Source of the DNA: Oscillospiraceae bacterium
Lineage (GTDB): Bacteria; Bacillota; Clostridia; Oscillospirales; Oscillospiraceae
NCBI GenBank assembly: GCA_045616105.1
Contig: JAZLGD010000153.1
Coordinates: 1-38,429, forward strand
DNA length: 38,429 nucleotides
Direction of reading: 5' to 3'
Shown here piece by piece: positions 35,138 to 38,429 of this stretch (positions are counted from its first letter, which is position 1; each line of letters opens with the position of its first letter). Made by a program: the position numbers and the translations under genes. The notes beneath the pieces are model-generated. The model saw only the letters and a program-made list of their open reading frames with translations, did no database searches and was not told where the DNA came from.

Positions 35138-35872
35138 TTGAATCTATCAGCAGAAGAAAAAATAATGTACGAAGTAATGATGGCCATATATGACAGTGGC
35201 ATTCCCATGAACTTCAAGGGATCAATGGTGCTGAAAGCCTGCTTGGTTGAAGCAGGTTATTCTGAAGATACACGCCATACCACCGATATTGATGGTAACT
35301 GGTATTCAGATGTCCTGCCGTCGGGAGAGCAAATGGTTGAGTCCCTGCAGAATGCACTAGCAAGAAATAATATCGGTCTGAATGTTAGTATTTATAGAAT
35401 GTACGGGGAGGGTCGCTCCGCAGGGTTTGAACTGTCGGACGACTCCACGGGAGAAATTCTTTTCTCAATGGACATTGATGTAAATCGCCCCGTTGCATCC
35501 ACTAAAATATACGAGATCGAAGGAATTAGATTTCTCGGAGTGTCTCCTTCGCAAATGATAGCCGATAAAGTTTCAGTCCTCTCCACTGATAAAGTTTTCC
35601 GACGAATAAAAGATGTTGTGGATCTGTATTATATCTCAAAAGTTTTTACTTTTAATAAAGCAGATATTGTTCAAACACTTAAAGATACTGGCAGATCTAT
35701 GGATTCTTTTAACGGTTTTCTTCATAGGCCCGATGATTTAAGGCATTCTTATGATAAATTCCGTTTTGCAGGAGATATAAACAAACCAAGCTTTGATGAT
35801 GTGTACCTTACTGTAAAGGAATTTATCCATGACATTCTCCCGAAAGAACGGTCTCGTGACATGGAAAGATAA
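35138..35872 (+). CDS. DUF1814/AbiEii-like nucleotidyltransferase, paralog B
   Basis: 244 aa, with 14 amino-acid differences from copy A by hand count. The NTase motifs are unchanged. Confidence 0.65.
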   Translation: MNLSAEEKIMYEVMMAIYDSGIPMNFKGSMVLKACLVEAGYSEDTRHTTDIDGNWYSDVLPSGEQMVESLQNALARNNIGLNVSIYRMYGEGRSAGFELSDDSTGEILFSMDIDVNRPVASTKIYEIEGIRFLGVSPSQMIADKVSVLSTDKVFRRIKDVVDLYYISKVFTFNKADIVQTLKDTGRSMDSFNGFLHRPDDLRHSYDKFRFAGDINKPSFDDVYLTVKEFIHDILPKERSRDMER

Positions 35873-35899
35873 GCAACAAGCACAAAAGAATACACATTT

Positions 35900-35933
35900 A
35901 GCCGATGAGTAATTATGATCATCGGCTTTTTTT
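35900..35933 (+). terminator. Terminator of module B
   Basis: agccgatga ... tcatcggct ttttttt. Confidence 0.7.
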
Positions 35934-36025
35934 AATTAAAAGCACGTGCTCTCAATCCACTCCAAATATTTGTGGCTTAATAAAATCATTTTTTGAGCGT
36001 AGCGGATTATTAGCTCCACCAAAGC

Positions 36026-36053
36026 AAAAACCACACCTTTCGGTGTGGTTTTT
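36026..36053 (-). terminator. Terminator of the intact tRNA-Ala gene
   Basis: In the minus sense it reads AAAACCACACC GAAA GGTGTGGTTTTTG. Confidence 0.75.
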
Positions 36054-36057
36054 GTTT

Positions 36058-36133
36058 TGGTGGAGACGGAGAGGATCGAACTCTTGACCTCATGAATGCC
36101 ATTCATGCGCTCTCCCAACTGAGCTACGCCCCC
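36058..36133 (-). tRNA. tRNA-Ala (anticodon GGC), CCA encoded
   Basis: In the minus sense it reads GGGGGCGTAGCTCAGTTGGGAGAGCGCATGAATGGCATTCATGAGGTCAAGAGTTCGATCCTCTCCGTCTCCACCA. It is 76 nt, folds as a cloverleaf by hand, has the G3:U70 Ala identity pair, and has anticodon loop AUGGCAU. Confidence 0.9.
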
Positions 36134-36145
36134 AGCTGCAAAGGT

Positions 36146-36174
36146 ATTTTAGCAGACGGGGGGAATATTGTCAA
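36146..36174 (-). promoter_or_regulatory. Sigma-A-type promoter of tRNA-Ala
   Basis: In the minus sense it reads TTGACA, a 17-nt spacer, then TAAAAT, about 12 nt before the tRNA 5' end. Confidence 0.6.
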
Positions 36175-36181
36175 CATATAA

Positions 36182-36823
36182 TTAGTAATCTTCGTCGAAC
36201 ATGTAGCTTATATCTTTCTTATAAACAAACTTGGGCTCGGTACCCTTAACAAGGCGGACTATATTCTTGCGGTACTCAATGAGCACGATTACAAAGCACA
36301 GCAGAACGAGCCTATGCACCCACTCTCCGTCGAGAGAAATGAGGGCAAACATATATGCCGTAAGTGCGCTAGCAATTGCCGCAAGGGACACATAGCGCGT
36401 CACATAATAAACACCGGCTATAACAAGGACAACAGCAAAACCGACGCTGAATTTTACCAGCAGCATTCCAACTGCAAAGGCAACGAGGCTGGGCTCACCC
36501 TTGAACCTGAACATGATGGGAAAATTATTGCCCATCATAACGCAGAACAGCGCAAAGGCTCTGCCGAGGAGCGCCTGATCGCAGATGCTCATCAAGCCTC
36601 CGCCGATAAGAACCGGTATTGCGGTCTTTGCTGCTTCAACGCCCAGAAGCTTAGCCATTCCTTTCTTGCCGAAACGCTTCTCGAATCTCGTGATGCCCAC
36701 ATTATCGCGGCTATATGCAAACAAATCGCAATGGAATATAAAATGAGATGCGATTATCGTTGTGTTGAGACTGCCCATAAAATATGCAATTATCGCGGTT
36801 ACAGACAGGAGAACAGCTATCAT
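36182..36823 (-). CDS. PlsY-family membrane protein with degenerate catalytic motifs (in the der-plsY position)
   Basis: 213 aa and polytopic. It is collinear with PlsY, but GSGNxGATN reads SRDNVGITR and the GH..P...KGGKG.AT block reads GNNFPIMFRFKGEPSLVAF. Its start overlaps the der stop by 4 nt. Confidence 0.6.
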   Translation of the reverse strand: MIAVLLSVTAIIAYFMGSLNTTIIASHFIFHCDLFAYSRDNVGITRFEKRFGKKGMAKLLGVEAAKTAIPVLIGGGLMSICDQALLGRAFALFCVMMGNNFPIMFRFKGEPSLVAFAVGMLLVKFSVGFAVVLVIAGVYYVTRYVSLAAIASALTAYMFALISLDGEWVHRLVLLCFVIVLIEYRKNIVRLVKGTEPKFVYKKDISYMFDEDY

Positions 36824-38145
36824 TCCTTATCTCCCTTCTGGCGGATAACCATACGTATCGGCGTTCCCTCAAGGCCGAAGGTTGCGCGAATCTGATTCTC
36901 AAGATAGCGCTGATATGAGAAGTGGAACAGCTCCTTTGTATTGCAGAACACGACAAAATTGGGCGGCTTTATGCCCGTCTGGGTCATGTAGTATATCTTG
37001 AGTCTGCGACCCTTATCCGTGGGAGGCTGAACACGGGCCTGTGCATCGGCAAGAACACTGTTAAGCATGCCGGTGGTAATACGCATGTTGCTCTGGTCAT
37101 TTACGAAGTTTACGAGCTCAAATATTCTGTCGGTACGCTGGCCGGTCATTGCGGAAATAAAGAGCACGGGAGCATAACTCATAAAGCTCAGGTCGCGCAT
37201 AACATCCTTGCGCATTCTCTCCATTGTACCGGTTTCTTTTTCTATAAGATCCCACTTGTTGACAACGATGATGCTGGCCTTGCCGGCTTCATGGGCAAGA
37301 CCTGCAATCTTGGTGTCCTGCTCGGTTACGCCCTCACGTGCATCGATCATAATAAGGCAGACATCCGCACGCTCAATTGCCATCTGCGCACGCATGACGG
37401 AGAATTTCTCAACACGCTCATCGACCTTGGATTTGCGGCGTATTCCTGCCGTGTCGATAAACACATACTTGCCGTGCTTATTCTCAATAAAGGAATCGAC
37501 GGCATCGCGGGTAGTACCTGCGACATTACTTACAATAACGCGCTTCTCGCCGAGGATATGGTTTACGAGGGATGACTTACCCACATTGGGTTTGCCGATT
37601 ACGGCAACCTTAATGCTGTCATCGTCCTCTTCCTCCGCGTCCTCGTCGGGGAAGTATTTCATACACTCATCAAGCAGGTCTCCCGTGCCGTGGCCGTGGA
37701 CTGCGGAAACCGCAACAGGGTCACCGAGGCCAAGCTCATAAAACTCGTATATGCCGGGGTCAACCATACCGGTGGAGTCCATTTTATTGACGGCCAGCAC
37801 GGTGGGCTTTTTAGAGCGCAGGAGCATATTTGCAACATCCTTGTCCGCTGCGGTAACGCCCGTACGGATATCGGTTACAAGCACGATTACATCAGCCGAG
37901 GAAATTGCAATATTTGCCTGCTCACGCATGAACATGAGTATTTCGTTATCGGTGGTGGGCTCGATGCCGCCTGTATCAACGATATCGAATTTTCTGCCGC
38001 ACCATTCGCATTCGGCATAGAGTCTGTCGCGGGTTACACCGGGGGTGTCCTCGACGATGGAAAGTCTTTTGCCGACGAGCTTATTGAACAGCATTGACTT
38101 GCCGACGTTTGGTCTCCCGACAATGGCAACCAGGGGCTTCGCCAT
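36820..38145 (-). CDS. der: Ribosome-associated GTPase Der (EngA), with tandem GTPase domains plus a KH-like domain
   Basis: 441 aa. It has GRPNVGKS and GKPNVGKS P-loops, DTPG/DTAG, and NKMD/NKWD. Confidence 0.95.
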   Translation of the reverse strand: MAKPLVAIVGRPNVGKSMLFNKLVGKRLSIVEDTPGVTRDRLYAECEWCGRKFDIVDTGGIEPTTDNEILMFMREQANIAISSADVIVLVTDIRTGVTAADKDVANMLLRSKKPTVLAVNKMDSTGMVDPGIYEFYELGLGDPVAVSAVHGHGTGDLLDECMKYFPDEDAEEEDDDSIKVAVIGKPNVGKSSLVNHILGEKRVIVSNVAGTTRDAVDSFIENKHGKYVFIDTAGIRRKSKVDERVEKFSVMRAQMAIERADVCLIMIDAREGVTEQDTKIAGLAHEAGKASIIVVNKWDLIEKETGTMERMRKDVMRDLSFMSYAPVLFISAMTGQRTDRIFELVNFVNDQSNMRITTGMLNSVLADAQARVQPPTDKGRRLKIYYMTQTGIKPPNFVVFCNTKELFHFSYQRYLENQIRATFGLEGTPIRMVIRQKGDKE

Positions 38146-38157
38146 TTTCAGCCCTCC

Positions 38158-38429
38158 TCAAACATTTTGATTATATTTATAATACGCTTCGCGCGAAATC
38201 TCACGCTCGGGAATTTTTAGCTCGGGCAGAGCATCGCCGCTTATCGCGTCCCAAAGCTCGAAGCCGTCCTGCTCTACGGGATATATCGGAACTCCGAGGG
38301 CTTCGCTTGCTTGCTCCAATGTCACGTCGTCGAGAAAATCCATCTCGGCGCGGCGAAGCATATTCTGTGAAATAAAAAGTCTCTCGCCCAGCTCCTTATC
38401 CCTGAGCTGTGCTATGAGGTCACCGCCGG
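38158..38429 (-). CDS. 3' end of a CDS that continues beyond the window (unknown function)
   Basis: The minus-strand frame is open from the window edge (...GGDLIAQLRDKELGERLFISQNMLRRAEMDF...YYKYNQNV stop). It lies 12 nt upstream of der. Confidence 0.5.
   Translation of the reverse strand, partial: GGDLIAQLRDKELGERLFISQNMLRRAEMDFLDDVTLEQASEALGVPIYPVEQDGFELWDAISGDALPELKIPEREISREAYYKYNQNV

Larger units (their letters stand above)
34153..36013. repeat. Tandem unit B
   Basis: It is collinear with unit A. By eye the nucleotide difference in the coding parts is about 5-7%. Confidence 0.85.
32293..36133 (-). mobile_element. tRNA-Ala-associated islet: two tandem about 1.86-kb units bounded by three tRNA-3'-part/terminator direct repeats; no recombinase gene
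   Basis: See the repeat, pseudogene and CDS entries below. The islet is AT-richer by eye than both flanks. Confidence 0.75.

Noticed and set aside
32293-36118. A CRISPR array or other short-period repeat as an explanation for the repeated blocks.
   Set aside because: The period is about 1.86 kb and the spacers are homologous protein-coding cargo. The repeated block is tRNA-derived, and no cas-like genes are present.

Overview
The window looks like a chromosomal segment of a moderately GC-rich Firmicute, probably Clostridia-like. Pointers are an SLH-anchored exoprotein, an L-box riboswitch, an ECF metal importer and der-plsY synteny.

Left to right:
- the 3' part of an IS1182-family transposase, cut by the window edge;
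- DUF3592-fumC;
- an SLH-anchored neutral-ceramidase-like exoprotein;
- a large nitrogen-assimilation supercluster. The minus-strand operon runs split archaeal-type glutamate synthase in three ORFs -> GS type I -> pseudo-receiver ANTAR regulator -> C_GCAxxG protein. The divergent plus-strand operon runs GS type III -> Amt::PII fusion. A KaiC-like/PPDK_N fusion protein follows;
- carAB;
- an L-box-controlled dapA-dapB-dapH-deacetylase-aspartokinase operon;
- a cbiM(PDGLE)-cbiQ-cbiO ECF Co/Ni importer;
- a transporter gene remnant and a lipoprotein gene;
- an islet at tRNA-Ala(GGC), then a degenerate plsY-like gene, der and a partial CDS.

The most unusual part is the visibly AT-richer ~3.8 kb islet at about 32.3-36.1 kb, inserted at the 3' end of tRNA-Ala(GGC). 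It holds two diverged tandem copies (periods 1860 and 1854 bp) of a two-gene module: an XRE-HTH regulator/antitoxin-like gene and a 244-aa DUF1814/AbiEii-like nucleotidyltransferase. Each copy is bounded by the same ~110-bp block, which is the tRNA terminator plus the last 61 nt of the tRNA. There are three blocks in total, the last one being part of the intact tRNA. No integrase or any other recombinase lies in the islet.

A second point of interest is that both divergent nitrogen operons begin with near-consensus promoters followed immediately by hairpin plus U-tract attenuator-like structures, next to an ANTAR regulator that lacks the phospho-acceptor residues.

All calls come from reading the sequence and ORF translations by eye. 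No database search was run.
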